From: Ignavibacteriales bacterium | GTDB taxonomy: Bacteria; Bacteroidota; Ignavibacteria; T3Sed10-11 | Assembly: GCA_003562775.1 (NCBI GenBank) | Contig: PWTU01000339.1 | Coordinates: 15,494 to 79,493, forward strand | Length of the DNA: 64,000 nt | Direction of reading: 5' to 3' | Translations under genes and position numbers: made by a program | Notes under the pieces: generated by a model | Seen by the model: only the letters and a program-made list of their open reading frames with translations | Database searches by the model: none | Told to the model about the DNA's origin: nothing | Shown: piece after piece, positions 46,652 through 56,230 of the stretch | Layout of the letters: every line of letters begins with the position of its first letter | Numbering within the stretch: position 1 is the first letter of the stretch

Positions 46652-48145
46652 GTGATATACTTTTGGTTTGTCATTGCTTATCTGGCTATCCTTATGTCCA
46701 TCTCGATACGAAAAAGTTTTCTTGTCAAGGGACAGGAAGATTTCATGGTAGCCGGACGTTCGGTGCCTACGTACCGGCTTGTCGGTACGCTGCTCTGTAC
46801 ATGGATTGGCTCAGGAAGTTTGCTTGCCGGGGCGGGACTTGCAGCGCGAGTCGGTTTTTCGGAACTCTGGATGGCGGCAGGCGCCTGGATCGGAATCATC
46901 ATCGTTTTCTTTCTTGCCGCACGGGTGAGAAGGATCGCACAGTATACGGTGCCCGATATTTTAGAATTGCGATATAACAAATGGGCCCGGGTACTCGGTA
47001 CTATCGCAATCGTTATCGCCTATACGACGATCGTCGGGTATCAATTTCGCGGCGGAGGTTTTGTTCTCGAACTCGTGGCGGATATAGATATGAAATGGGG
47101 CATCATAATAACCGCTATGTTTATCGTCACTTTTACCGCTTTTGCCGGTATGATGTCTATCACGGCAGTCGATATCATCAACGGCTCCGTTATAACTATT
47201 GCGGTGCTTATTGCAGTACCCGTGGTGTTTATTCATGTTGGAGGTGCAGAACATTTAACCGCTACACTCGACCCGTCATTTTTTACTGTGTTCGGAGACC
47301 ATTCTTTTATCTGGGCAATGGGTATCTTCTTCCCGACTTTTTTCCTGTTGCTTGGTGAGTCGAGTATGTATCAAAAATTCTTCTCCGCAAAAAATGAAAA
47401 AGCTGCTAAAACATCCGTAATTTGGTGGATCATAGGAACGATAATCGTCGAAACGGCAATTGCATCGTTGGCAATCTTCGCCAACAGCTATTTCAATTTT
47501 ACCGGTCCGGAGACCGAACGTATAATCCTTCACACTGCGCGCAATAGCGTGGAAGTCGGGCTCCCGATATGGGGAGGGTTGCTCTTATTCGGAGCTGCAG
47601 TTGCAATAATTACATCGACCGGAAACAGTTTTCTCCTCACACCATCGACGAATTTAACGAGAGATATCTATCAGCGCTTTATCAATCCTGAAGCAAGTCA
47701 GAAAAATCTTATATTGTTTCAACGTCTTATGGTTATTGCGCTCGGTTTACTGGCATATACATTACTTACTCAATTCGAAACCGTCCTTGCAATGGCGCTC
47801 ACTGCATATACTATGATCGGAACCGGCTTAACGCCCGCGCTGCTGGCTGCATTTCTCTGGAAACGGGTAACCGTCCCCGGAGGGGTCGCTTCGATTGCAA
47901 CCGGTATGGGATTCACTTTATTAATCACTATTGCAAACTCTATATCACGCTCTATACACGATGCACCGATTCTCAGTGAAGAATATATCGTACTGCCTGC
48001 AGCAGCCGCCTCGATTCTGACACTCATAGTCGTATCTCTGTTAACACCTGAATCACCGCGTGAAAAATGGGAGCGCTTCTATACAAAAGAAGCTTCACTT
48101 GAAAAAGCAATCAAGGAACAAAAAGAGTTGCCTTTAAAAGAATGA
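46652..48145 (+). CDS. Sodium:solute symporter (SSS) family transporter
   Basis: 497 aa with ~13 TM segments. The N-terminal FMVAGRSVP...GTLLCTWIGSGSLLG pattern is characteristic of the SSS family. Confidence 0.85.
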   Translation: MIYFWFVIAYLAILMSISIRKSFLVKGQEDFMVAGRSVPTYRLVGTLLCTWIGSGSLLAGAGLAARVGFSELWMAAGAWIGIIIVFFLAARVRRIAQYTVPDILELRYNKWARVLGTIAIVIAYTTIVGYQFRGGGFVLELVADIDMKWGIIITAMFIVTFTAFAGMMSITAVDIINGSVITIAVLIAVPVVFIHVGGAEHLTATLDPSFFTVFGDHSFIWAMGIFFPTFFLLLGESSMYQKFFSAKNEKAAKTSVIWWIIGTIIVETAIASLAIFANSYFNFTGPETERIILHTARNSVEVGLPIWGGLLLFGAAVAIITSTGNSFLLTPSTNLTRDIYQRFINPEASQKNLILFQRLMVIALGLLAYTLLTQFETVLAMALTAYTMIGTGLTPALLAAFLWKRVTVPGGVASIATGMGFTLLITIANSISRSIHDAPILSEEYIVLPAAAASILTLIVVSLLTPESPREKWERFYTKEASLEKAIKEQKELPLKE

Positions 48146-48975
48146 CAGAACAAGAACTTATACAACACCGGGTGGAGCGCTGGCGGCTCCGCCCGGATCT
48201 TGCACCGAATAACGAGAAGGAAATACGAGAGTTCATAAAAACCGCCGGATTATGCTACACATATCATATTTCAAAAGATTCCCTTCCATCGCTCATACAA
48301 ACTGTTTCCGGTGCTATACATTCACCAACCCGTTACAAAATAACTCTCGACGACCCATTCTATGCAATGATCAACGAGACATTCCGTTCGTATTTCAAAC
48401 AAAAACTATTTGTTGAAGTTGTTATATTCGGCAAACATCCCGTCATTGTATATCGCGATGTTCTTGTAAGGTTGTACCGGTTAACCGGTGCTGAAATACA
48501 ACGCGGAACCGTATCAAAACGGAAACGAAATACAAAAATCGAAAATGAGATCATCTCGTTTTTAAATGATAAAGGTCCGGCTACGCGGCGGGACATTCGT
48601 CTGGCTATACTCGACAAACGGAAAAATACTGCGGGTGTATTAACAAAGACGCTCGATTCACTCGGAAGACAGTTAAAAATTATTCGCAGCAGACAGGAAA
48701 ACTCTGAGCTGCTATGGATCACTCCCGAGAAATGGGATCCCCGTTTGTGTGACGATGCAATAAAAATCGAACGCGATGAAGCTATTGAATATATCATATT
48801 ACGGTTTCTTCAAATTTCTATTGCCTCCTCCCGGAAAGCGCTGAAAAGATTTTTTAAAAATGTCATACCAACGGATTTACTGGATCATTCACTCAATAGT
48901 CTCATCCAGCGCGGATTAATAGTTATAGACCCCGATCTCATAATTGACGGAAAACGCGCATTAAAAGCCCGATAA
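48142..48975 (+). CDS. Hypothetical protein, possibly winged-helix containing
   Basis: 277 aa with an ATGA overlap onto the symporter stop. Segments such as IISFLNDKGPATRRDIRLAI look wHTH-like. I do not recognise the family. Confidence 0.5.
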   Translation: MTEQELIQHRVERWRLRPDLAPNNEKEIREFIKTAGLCYTYHISKDSLPSLIQTVSGAIHSPTRYKITLDDPFYAMINETFRSYFKQKLFVEVVIFGKHPVIVYRDVLVRLYRLTGAEIQRGTVSKRKRNTKIENEIISFLNDKGPATRRDIRLAILDKRKNTAGVLTKTLDSLGRQLKIIRSRQENSELLWITPEKWDPRLCDDAIKIERDEAIEYIILRFLQISIASSRKALKRFFKNVIPTDLLDHSLNSLIQRGLIVIDPDLIIDGKRALKAR

Positions 48976-48998
48976 CGGGTTTTTTCATAAAAAGACAC

Positions 48999-49027
48999 TT
49001 GACAATGCACATTAAATACCGTATAAT
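48999..49027 (+). promoter_or_regulatory. Consensus sigma70 promoter of the metal-uptake operon
   Basis: TTGACA (48999..49004) - 17 nt - TATAAT (49022..49027), read directly. Confidence 0.7.
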
Positions 49028-49030
49028 AAT

Positions 49031-49048
49031 ATTTAGATATATCTAAAT
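49031..49048. promoter_or_regulatory. 18-bp perfect palindrome; candidate DtxR/MntR-type operator
   Basis: ATTTAGATATATCTAAAT lies 3 nt downstream of the -10. The TTAG half-sites are reminiscent of DtxR-family boxes. Confidence 0.5.
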
Positions 49049-49080
49049 TTATTATTCACCATTTAAAAGAAATTATTTAA

Positions 49081-49734
49081 ATGTCTACGCATGTAGAAGA
49101 CTATATCAAGAATATTTATAAGCTGCAAAATGATCGTGACAAGGTCACCACATCGTCGCTTGCAGACGCGTTAAATGTATCTGCAGCATCGGTTACCGAT
49201 ATGATAAAAAAATTATCCGACCGGAGTCTGATTAACTATATGCCGTATCGGGGGGTAGAACTGACCAGGAGCGGAAAAAAAATGGCGCTGCGAACGTTAC
49301 GACGCCATCGGTTGTGGGAGATGTTCCTCGTTGAATTTCTGGATTACACATGGGATGAAGTACACGATGAAGCCGAGAAACTGGAACATATAATGTCGGA
49401 GGATCTCGAGGAAAGAATAGATAAAGCACTCGGCTACCCGAAACACGATCCTCACGGTCACCCGATTCCAACTAAGAACGGTGAAATGGTTGAGGACGAT
49501 CATCCGTCACTTGCGGATTTGAAGGTCAATGACAGCGGTATAGTTATTAGGGTTAACGATGCGTCGCAATCGCTTTTAAAACATATGGCATCGATCGGCA
49601 TTCAGATTCAATCACCGGTAAAAGTACTTGACATAGTCGAATTCGACGGTTCGATGCTTGTGCAAATTCTAGAAAATGATGTGTACGTTAGTCGACAGGT
49701 TGCACGAAATATTTTCGTTGATATAGAAGAGTAA
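49081..49734 (+). CDS. DtxR/MntR-family metal-dependent transcriptional regulator with C-terminal FeoA/SH3-like domain
   Basis: VEDYIKNIYKL, RRHRLWEMFL, VHDEAEKLEHIMS, HDPHGHPIP. Confidence 0.9.
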   Translation: MSTHVEDYIKNIYKLQNDRDKVTTSSLADALNVSAASVTDMIKKLSDRSLINYMPYRGVELTRSGKKMALRTLRRHRLWEMFLVEFLDYTWDEVHDEAEKLEHIMSEDLEERIDKALGYPKHDPHGHPIPTKNGEMVEDDHPSLADLKVNDSGIVIRVNDASQSLLKHMASIGIQIQSPVKVLDIVEFDGSMLVQILENDVYVSRQVARNIFVDIEE

Positions 49735-49742
49735 GAAATTCT

Positions 49743-50801
49743 ATGGAGACCATGATCCATTCTCTCACTGCGCTAAGTATATCAATATTGATAATAGGGA
49801 TGTTCATTATTGTGTTCTTTCCTGAAAAAGGTATTCTTGCACGATGGAACCGTATCAGAAAGAATACAAAACGCATTCTTATTGAAGATGCGTTGAAGCA
49901 TATTTACGATTGTGAATATAACGACACCGATTGTACGCTTCACAGTATTGCAGGCAATTTAGCTATCTCTGGTGACCGAACCGCAAAATTGACTGAAAAA
50001 TTAATGATCCACGGGCTCATTGAGTCACATACGGGATATATCACATTGACCGATGCCGGCAGATCATATGCACTCCGTGTTATCAGACTTCATCGATTAT
50101 GGGAACGGTATCTTGCCGACCAGACAGGAGTGGATGAAAATGATTGGCACAGTGAGGCAGAAATCAAGGAGCACGCTATTTCTCCCGATGAAGAAACTGC
50201 GATCGCTGCACAATTAGGTAATCCGCTTACCGATCCGCACGGCGATCCGATACCTTCATCATCAGGTACCGTGATGAAACAACACGAGACACCGATCTGT
50301 AAACTGAAAAAAGGAGAGTATGGCCGAATCGTTCATATAGAAGACGAACCTCCTGCAATATACTCGCAACTTGTTGCCCTTGGACTTCATCCCGGCATGC
50401 AGGTTCGAATCATCGATCAAAACGATGAAAGATTAACAATTGAAGCAGACGGTAACGAATGTATTCTTGCACCGCTCTTTGCAGGACATATTCATATTAC
50501 ACCAATTCATCATACTAAAGATGTACAACATAATTTTCAACCGCTATCGTCGTTAGAGGAAGGCGAAGAGGCGCAGGTTGTAGCAATATCACGAAAAATC
50601 CGCGGTCAACAAAGGCGCCGATTAATGGATCTCGGACTCGTTCCCGGCACCAATGTAACAGCCGTTATGAAAAGTGTCGGTAACGACCCTGTTGCATACA
50701 AGATACGGGGAGCGTTAATCGCTCTTCGAAACAGTCAGACAAACGGTATTTTCATAGAACGTAAAGAAGAAAAACAAAATGAAACCACTAAATCAATGTG
50801 A
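49743..50801 (+). CDS. Membrane-anchored DtxR-like domain fused to two FeoA domains
   Basis: N-terminal TM helix (LTALSISILIIGMFIIVFF). DtxR-like wHTH and metal-site region (RLHRLWERYL, WHSEAEIKEHAIS, TDPHGDPIP). Two FeoA-like segments follow (KKGEYGRIVHIED...; EEGEEAQVVAIS...LMDLGLVPGT). Confidence 0.7.
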   Translation: METMIHSLTALSISILIIGMFIIVFFPEKGILARWNRIRKNTKRILIEDALKHIYDCEYNDTDCTLHSIAGNLAISGDRTAKLTEKLMIHGLIESHTGYITLTDAGRSYALRVIRLHRLWERYLADQTGVDENDWHSEAEIKEHAISPDEETAIAAQLGNPLTDPHGDPIPSSSGTVMKQHETPICKLKKGEYGRIVHIEDEPPAIYSQLVALGLHPGMQVRIIDQNDERLTIEADGNECILAPLFAGHIHITPIHHTKDVQHNFQPLSSLEEGEEAQVVAISRKIRGQQRRRLMDLGLVPGTNVTAVMKSVGNDPVAYKIRGALIALRNSQTNGIFIERKEEKQNETTKSM

Positions 50802-51597
50802 ACAATGTACGGTTCACAAAGAAAGTACTTTCATAAAGTACGGTATCAATATGAGCCGATACGATTATCTGGTAGCTCTGGCGGGAAACCCGAACACTGG
50901 GAAAAGTACTGTTTTCAATAATTTGACCGGTTTGAAACAGCACACCGGAAACTGGCCGGGGAAAACCGTAACCCGTGCAGAAGGAGCATTCTCCTATCGC
51001 GATAAGAAGTTTAAAATCGTCGATCTTCCCGGCACGTATTCTCTTTTAACAATGAGTACCGATGAAGAAATCGCACGCGACTTTCTGTTGTTCGGTAAAC
51101 CTGATGTTACGGTTGTCGTCGTCGATGCTACGCGAATTGAACGGAATTTGAATCTGGTACTTCAAATACTCGAGATCACCGACCACGTAGTAATATGTCT
51201 CAACCTAATCGACGAGGCGAAACGGCACAATCTGGAAATCGACGTCCTTCAACTCTCGCGCGATATCGGGGTACCTGTTGTTCCAACGGCAGCACGACAT
51301 AAGAAGGGAATGGAAACATTGATGCAATCTATACATGATGTTGCGACCGGCGCATATCAGTGTAAACCGAAACGTTTGAAAAATATATCTCCCAAAGCAA
51401 GCCGTGCAATCGAAAACCTTACAAAACAACTTAATGATATCTTTCCCCATCTGCATAATGCGCGATGGATCGCAATGAGATTACTGGAAGGAGATCAACG
51501 CATTATTAATGCAATACGGTCCGGTGAATTGGGAACGATTCATCAGGAGGAAACGACACAAGAAAAACTGAAGTCATATGGATACGAAACAGTTTAA
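50779..51597 (+). CDS. feoB: FeoB N-terminal part: G domain plus helical S domain
   Basis: G1 [13 protein letters not shown]3 DLPGTYS, G4 NLID. The start may instead be the internal Met at 50851. Confidence 0.85.
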   Translation: MKPLNQCEQCTVHKESTFIKYGINMSRYDYLVALAGNPNTGKSTVFNNLTGLKQHTGNWPGKTVTRAEGAFSYRDKKFKIVDLPGTYSLLTMSTDEEIARDFLLFGKPDVTVVVVDATRIERNLNLVLQILEITDHVVICLNLIDEAKRHNLEIDVLQLSRDIGVPVVPTAARHKKGMETLMQSIHDVATGAYQCKPKRLKNISPKASRAIENLTKQLNDIFPHLHNARWIAMRLLEGDQRIINAIRSGELGTIHQEETTQEKLKSYGYETV

Positions 51598-53014
51598 CGA
51601 AAAAGAAGATATTCTAACCAATGCAACCCGTTACCGTGAGGAAATTGGCGAGAACTTTTACGATACAATGTTGGAATCTATTTATTCCGAAGCGGCAACG
51701 ATAGCCAAAAAATCCGTACGCCAGCGCGATGATAAACAGATATATACACTGGATCGTACCATCGACCGTATTGTCACCAGCAACGTATACGGTTTTCCGA
51801 TCATGGTTGGTCTGCTTGCCGTCGTCTTCTGGATAACAATCGTCGGTTCAAACCTGCCGTCCGATATGCTCTATATATTACTTGTAGAAACATTGCATCC
51901 TGCATTAAAGGGTGTCGCCAGTACCATTGGTTTTCCCTGGTGGTTGGACGGTCTGTTGATAGACGGCGCGTACCTAAGCGTTGCGTGGGTCGTGAGCGTT
52001 ATGCTTCCGCCTATGGCAATATTTTTTCCGTTGTTTACTTTACTCGAAGATTCCGGCTATCTGCCGCGTGTTTCGTTTAATATGGATTCGTTATTCCGGA
52101 AAGCGGGCGCTCACGGCAAACAGGCATTAACTATGAGCATGGGGTTCGGTTGTAATGCAGCGGGTGTCATTTCTACTCGAGTCATTGATAGTCCACGTGA
52201 ACGGATCATTGCAATCCTGACAAACAATTTTTCACTCTGTAACGGACGATGGCCGATACTAATTTTAATCTCGACAATATTTATCGGAAGTCTTGTTCCG
52301 GCCCATCTCGCGGGACTGGTATCCGCAATGGCAGTGGTAAGTGTAGCTTTACTCGGTATTGTATTAAGCATCGTACTTTCGTGGTTTCTGTCGCATACGA
52401 TTCTCAAAGGAGAAGCTTCCACATTTAGTTTGGAGCTTCCACCTTATCGCCCGCCGCGGATACTACGTACACTTTATACATCGCTAATAGACCGTACAAT
52501 ATTTGTACTATGGCGTGCAATCTTATTCGCAACACCGGCAGGATTGGTCATCTGGCTGGTAGCAAACATTTCAATCGGTGATGCGAGTTTAGCTGACCAT
52601 TTTATCAGATTCGCCGATCCGTTCGGATTATTTATAGGATTAAATGGAATTATACTGCTGGCGTTTGTCATTGCAATCCCGGCGAATGAGATCATAATCC
52701 CGACTATACTAATGTTGACAGTAACAACTCTCGGTATGCATGAAGTCGGCGCCGGCACAGGTGTAATGTTTGAATTGGATTCCGTCAGCGCAACAGCATC
52801 AATTTTTCATGCAGGCGGATGGACACTTTTAACCGGTATCAATTTGATGCTCTTCAGCTTGATACATAATCCATGTTCAACAACGTTATACACAATCTAT
52901 AAAGAAACAGGTAGTATGAAATGGACTGCATTGGCGGCGGTTATTCCACTCACGTTGGGAATTGCCGTTTGCTTTTTTGTTGCACAAATTTGGAGATTAT
53001 TTCCGGGAGGATGA
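51578..53014 (+). CDS. feoB: FeoB C-terminal part: Gate/nucleoside-recognition membrane domains
   Basis: 478 aa and polytopic. It continues FeoB-like sequence after a linker ([20 protein letters not shown]...). It overlaps the previous ORF by 20 nt in the +1 frame. Confidence 0.85.
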   Translation: MDTKQFNEKEDILTNATRYREEIGENFYDTMLESIYSEAATIAKKSVRQRDDKQIYTLDRTIDRIVTSNVYGFPIMVGLLAVVFWITIVGSNLPSDMLYILLVETLHPALKGVASTIGFPWWLDGLLIDGAYLSVAWVVSVMLPPMAIFFPLFTLLEDSGYLPRVSFNMDSLFRKAGAHGKQALTMSMGFGCNAAGVISTRVIDSPRERIIAILTNNFSLCNGRWPILILISTIFIGSLVPAHLAGLVSAMAVVSVALLGIVLSIVLSWFLSHTILKGEASTFSLELPPYRPPRILRTLYTSLIDRTIFVLWRAILFATPAGLVIWLVANISIGDASLADHFIRFADPFGLFIGLNGIILLAFVIAIPANEIIIPTILMLTVTTLGMHEVGAGTGVMFELDSVSATASIFHAGGWTLLTGINLMLFSLIHNPCSTTLYTIYKETGSMKWTALAAVIPLTLGIAVCFFVAQIWRLFPGG

Positions 53015-53019
53015 ATTTT

Positions 53020-53946
53020 ATGAGGAATAAAGTAGTGCTCATTGTAGTGTCAATAATTTCGCTCAGTATTATCATGGCTGGATGCGGTGGAAAAAGTGAG
53101 GGAGGTGAACGTGAAAAACCACTCGTTGTTGCAACCACAACAATCATCGCCAATATAACAGAAGAAATTGCCGGAGACCGAGTTGAAGTCTATGGTATAA
53201 TGCCCGTCGGTGGCGATCCGCATATCTATCAACCGGTACCGGGCGACGCCAGGATGATTGCGCGTTCGGATCTTGTACTTTTGAATGGACTTGAACTCGA
53301 AGGCTGGTTAACCGAACTCGCACAGCATGCCGGCGGTTCGCGTCCAATGGTAACGGTTACCGATGGAATCACTCCGCTTGAAGATAAACAACGTCACGGA
53401 GAGCCCGACCCGCACGCATGGTTCGATGTACAAAACATGCATTATTATGTCGATAACATTGTCCGTGGTTTATTAACAATAGATCCGGACGGAGAAGAAG
53501 AATACATCGAACGTGCCAATCAATACAAAAAGAAACTTGACGAACTCGATGAATGGGTACGCGAACAAATAGAAACGCTGCCAGACAATCGTCGAATCTT
53601 AATCACAAGTCACGATGCATTCCGATATTTTGGTGAAGCATACGGTGTTCGTGTTCTGGCGTTGCAGGGTATTAGCACCGAAGCGCAACCGCAAACAAAA
53701 GATGTCATTGAATTAGTACGGGCAATACGGCAGTATAATATCCCGGCAGTATTTATTGAAACGAGCGTAAATCCGAAAATGCTTGAACAAATTGCACGAG
53801 ATGCCGGCGCCCGAATCGGCGGCGAACTTTTCTCCGATTCAATCGGCCGTCCCGATCACGAAGGCGGAAGCTATATCGGTATGGTTCGATATAATGTCCG
53901 GGCATTCGTCGAAGCAATGAAGCAGGAAACGGTAGCAGGTAAATAA
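53020..53946 (+). CDS. Metal ABC transporter substrate-binding lipoprotein (TroA/ZnuA/PsaA cluster 9)
   Basis: Lipobox IMAGC; DPHIYQP, DPHAWFD, FIETSVNPK. Start chosen at the ATG 9 nt after GGAGG. Confidence 0.85.
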   Translation: MRNKVVLIVVSIISLSIIMAGCGGKSEGGEREKPLVVATTTIIANITEEIAGDRVEVYGIMPVGGDPHIYQPVPGDARMIARSDLVLLNGLELEGWLTELAQHAGGSRPMVTVTDGITPLEDKQRHGEPDPHAWFDVQNMHYYVDNIVRGLLTIDPDGEEEYIERANQYKKKLDELDEWVREQIETLPDNRRILITSHDAFRYFGEAYGVRVLALQGISTEAQPQTKDVIELVRAIRQYNIPAVFIETSVNPKMLEQIARDAGARIGGELFSDSIGRPDHEGGSYIGMVRYNVRAFVEAMKQETVAGK

Positions 53947-53947
53947 A

Positions 53948-54709
53948 ATGGTTAAAAAACCGGTAATAGATATACAAAATCTGACCGTTTCGTATCACCG
54001 AAAACCGGCTATCCGGTCGATTAACTTAAAACTTTCGGAGCGAGGGATTATAGGTATAATCGGGCCGAACGGCGCCGGCAAGTCAACACTATTAAAAGCG
54101 ATACTCGGTCTTGTTCCGGTCGACAACGGCACAATCAGGGTCTTCGGCGAACCGGTCTTCAAGGTACGCAACAAAATATCCTATGTACCGCAGAAGGAAA
54201 TAATTGATTGGGATTTTCCGGTTACCGTTTATGATGTAGTTATGATGGGTAGGTACGCACATCTCGGGGTAATCGAACGGCCGGGACCCTCCGATCGGGA
54301 TATCGTCGATGTGGCGATTGATAAGGTTGGGATGAACGAATACAAAAACCAGCAGATCGGAAATCTTTCAGGCGGACAGCAGCAACGGGTATTTCTTGCG
54401 CGCGCTTTGGCGCAAGGATCGGATATACTGCTGCTTGACGAACCGTTTGTCGGAGTCGATGCTTCAACCGAGCGTGCCATTATCGATTTAATGCATTCTC
54501 TTAATGATGAAGGAAAGTTGGTGGTGGTAGTCAATCACGATCTCGGAAAGGTGCAGGAGTACTTCCATTATTTAATCATGATTAATCAGCGACTTATTGC
54601 CTACGGACCGACACGTGAAGTATTCAAACCCGATTTGTTGAGCAAAACATACGGCGGACGGCTTACCATATTACAAAAGACTGAACAACTGTTCGGTGTA
54701 GCACAATGA
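53948..54709 (+). CDS. Metal ABC transporter ATP-binding protein
   Basis: Walker A GPNGAGKST, signature LSGGQQQR, Walker B ILLLDEP. Confidence 0.9.
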   Translation: MVKKPVIDIQNLTVSYHRKPAIRSINLKLSERGIIGIIGPNGAGKSTLLKAILGLVPVDNGTIRVFGEPVFKVRNKISYVPQKEIIDWDFPVTVYDVVMMGRYAHLGVIERPGPSDRDIVDVAIDKVGMNEYKNQQIGNLSGGQQQRVFLARALAQGSDILLLDEPFVGVDASTERAIIDLMHSLNDEGKLVVVVNHDLGKVQEYFHYLIMINQRLIAYGPTREVFKPDLLSKTYGGRLTILQKTEQLFGVAQ

Positions 54710-56214
54710 TGTACGACTTATTTATAGAACCGCTTCAGTATCAATTCATGCAACGGGCGCTTATCGCATCGGTAATGGTCGGTGTTATCAACGGCGCGCT
54801 CGGTTGCTTTATCATTTTACGCCGGATGGCTTTCATTGGTGATGCGCTCTCTCACGCAATTCTACCGGGCGTCGTAATAGCGTTCATGGTTGCCGGCAAG
54901 GGTCATTTTGCATTATTTCTCGGTGCGGTATTTGCCGGAATAATTACCGCACTTCTCATCGGCTTTGTTAATCGCAACAGCCGAATCAAAGAAGATTCGG
55001 CGATCGGCGTTATATTTATCGGTATGTTTGCACTCGGAGTATTACTGATCAGCCGTTTGCAGGCGGTACATCTCGACTTACAGCATTTTCTGTTCGGAGA
55101 CCCGCTCGGCGTTTCGCCGGGAGATCTTTATCTGACCGGAACAATCGGCATTATTATCCTCGGATCGATTTTGCTGTTCTACAAACAATTGCAACTTACA
55201 TCATTCGATCCGATTATGGCAACCGCTATCGGTATGAACACCGGTCTGGTTCACTACTTCTTAATGGGAATTCTTTCGATGACGATTGTTGCATCACTGC
55301 AGGCAGTAGGTATTATCCTGGTCGTTGCTATGCTCATAACCCCCGGAGCGACTGCATACCTGCTCACCGAGCGGCTTCCGAAAATGTTGATACTGGCATC
55401 GCTCATCGGTGCGATCGCTGCTTTAATCGGATTATATATTTCATACTGGATGAATTATTCATCCGGCGCTGCAATGGTTATAGTGGTCACGATTATTTTC
55501 CTGCTAACACTTGTTTTTTCACCCCGGCAGGGGGTTCTTATAAAAATAATTCAACGGAAAAGAGCACAGGACCGGCACTTAAACGATGATGTTCTGAAGG
55601 CAGTTTATAAGCTCTCCAAAAATACCCGGGGATCTCAACCGGTACAAATTGCCGGGTACCTCGGAATTACCACCCAATTACTGCAAAAAGTGCTTCACAA
55701 ACTCCAGAAAAAACAACAAGTTACGCGTTCAAATGATGGCAATATATACTTAACTGTTGACGGTGAAAAACATGCACTAAAACTAATCCGGTCGCATCGT
55801 CTCTGGGAAACATATCTCACCGAACAAGCCGGGTTAGGATGGGAACACGTCGATGAGGAAGCCGAACGATTAGAGCATGATCTGCCCGACGACATAGTTG
55901 ACGAGATCGACGAACGGCTGGGGTATCCTGAACATGATCCGCACGGTGCACCTATTCCCAAAAAGGACGGTACTATCCGTGAGACCGAAGATTATCCGCT
56001 CGCTTCATTACACGTAGGTGAAACAGGAATTATTACAAGAGTAAGCGATCAGATTCCGGAAGTGCTTGCCACATTATGGAACGCCGGATTAGTTCCCAAC
56101 GTACAACTCACCGTAACGGAACGGGACAACGGTACATTGCATGTACAGGTAGGTGAGAAAAAATTCACACTTGATGATAAAGCTGCTTCGAGAGTGATGG
56201 TGAGGAAAGTATAA
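54706..56214 (+). CDS. ABC-3 family metal permease fused to a C-terminal DtxR-like regulator module (wHTH, metal-binding domain and FeoA/SH3-like domain)
   Basis: Residues ~1-285 are polytopic ABC-3 permease-like (DALSHAILPGVV...). Residues ~290-502 contain RSHRLWETYL, VDEEAERLEHDLP, HDPHGAPIP and a FeoA-like tail, all in one uninterrupted ORF. Confidence 0.75.
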   Translation: MMYDLFIEPLQYQFMQRALIASVMVGVINGALGCFIILRRMAFIGDALSHAILPGVVIAFMVAGKGHFALFLGAVFAGIITALLIGFVNRNSRIKEDSAIGVIFIGMFALGVLLISRLQAVHLDLQHFLFGDPLGVSPGDLYLTGTIGIIILGSILLFYKQLQLTSFDPIMATAIGMNTGLVHYFLMGILSMTIVASLQAVGIILVVAMLITPGATAYLLTERLPKMLILASLIGAIAALIGLYISYWMNYSSGAAMVIVVTIIFLLTLVFSPRQGVLIKIIQRKRAQDRHLNDDVLKAVYKLSKNTRGSQPVQIAGYLGITTQLLQKVLHKLQKKQQVTRSNDGNIYLTVDGEKHALKLIRSHRLWETYLTEQAGLGWEHVDEEAERLEHDLPDDIVDEIDERLGYPEHDPHGAPIPKKDGTIRETEDYPLASLHVGETGIITRVSDQIPEVLATLWNAGLVPNVQLTVTERDNGTLHVQVGEKKFTLDDKAASRVMVRKV

Positions 56215-56230
56215 AGCATCAAGAGCACAA

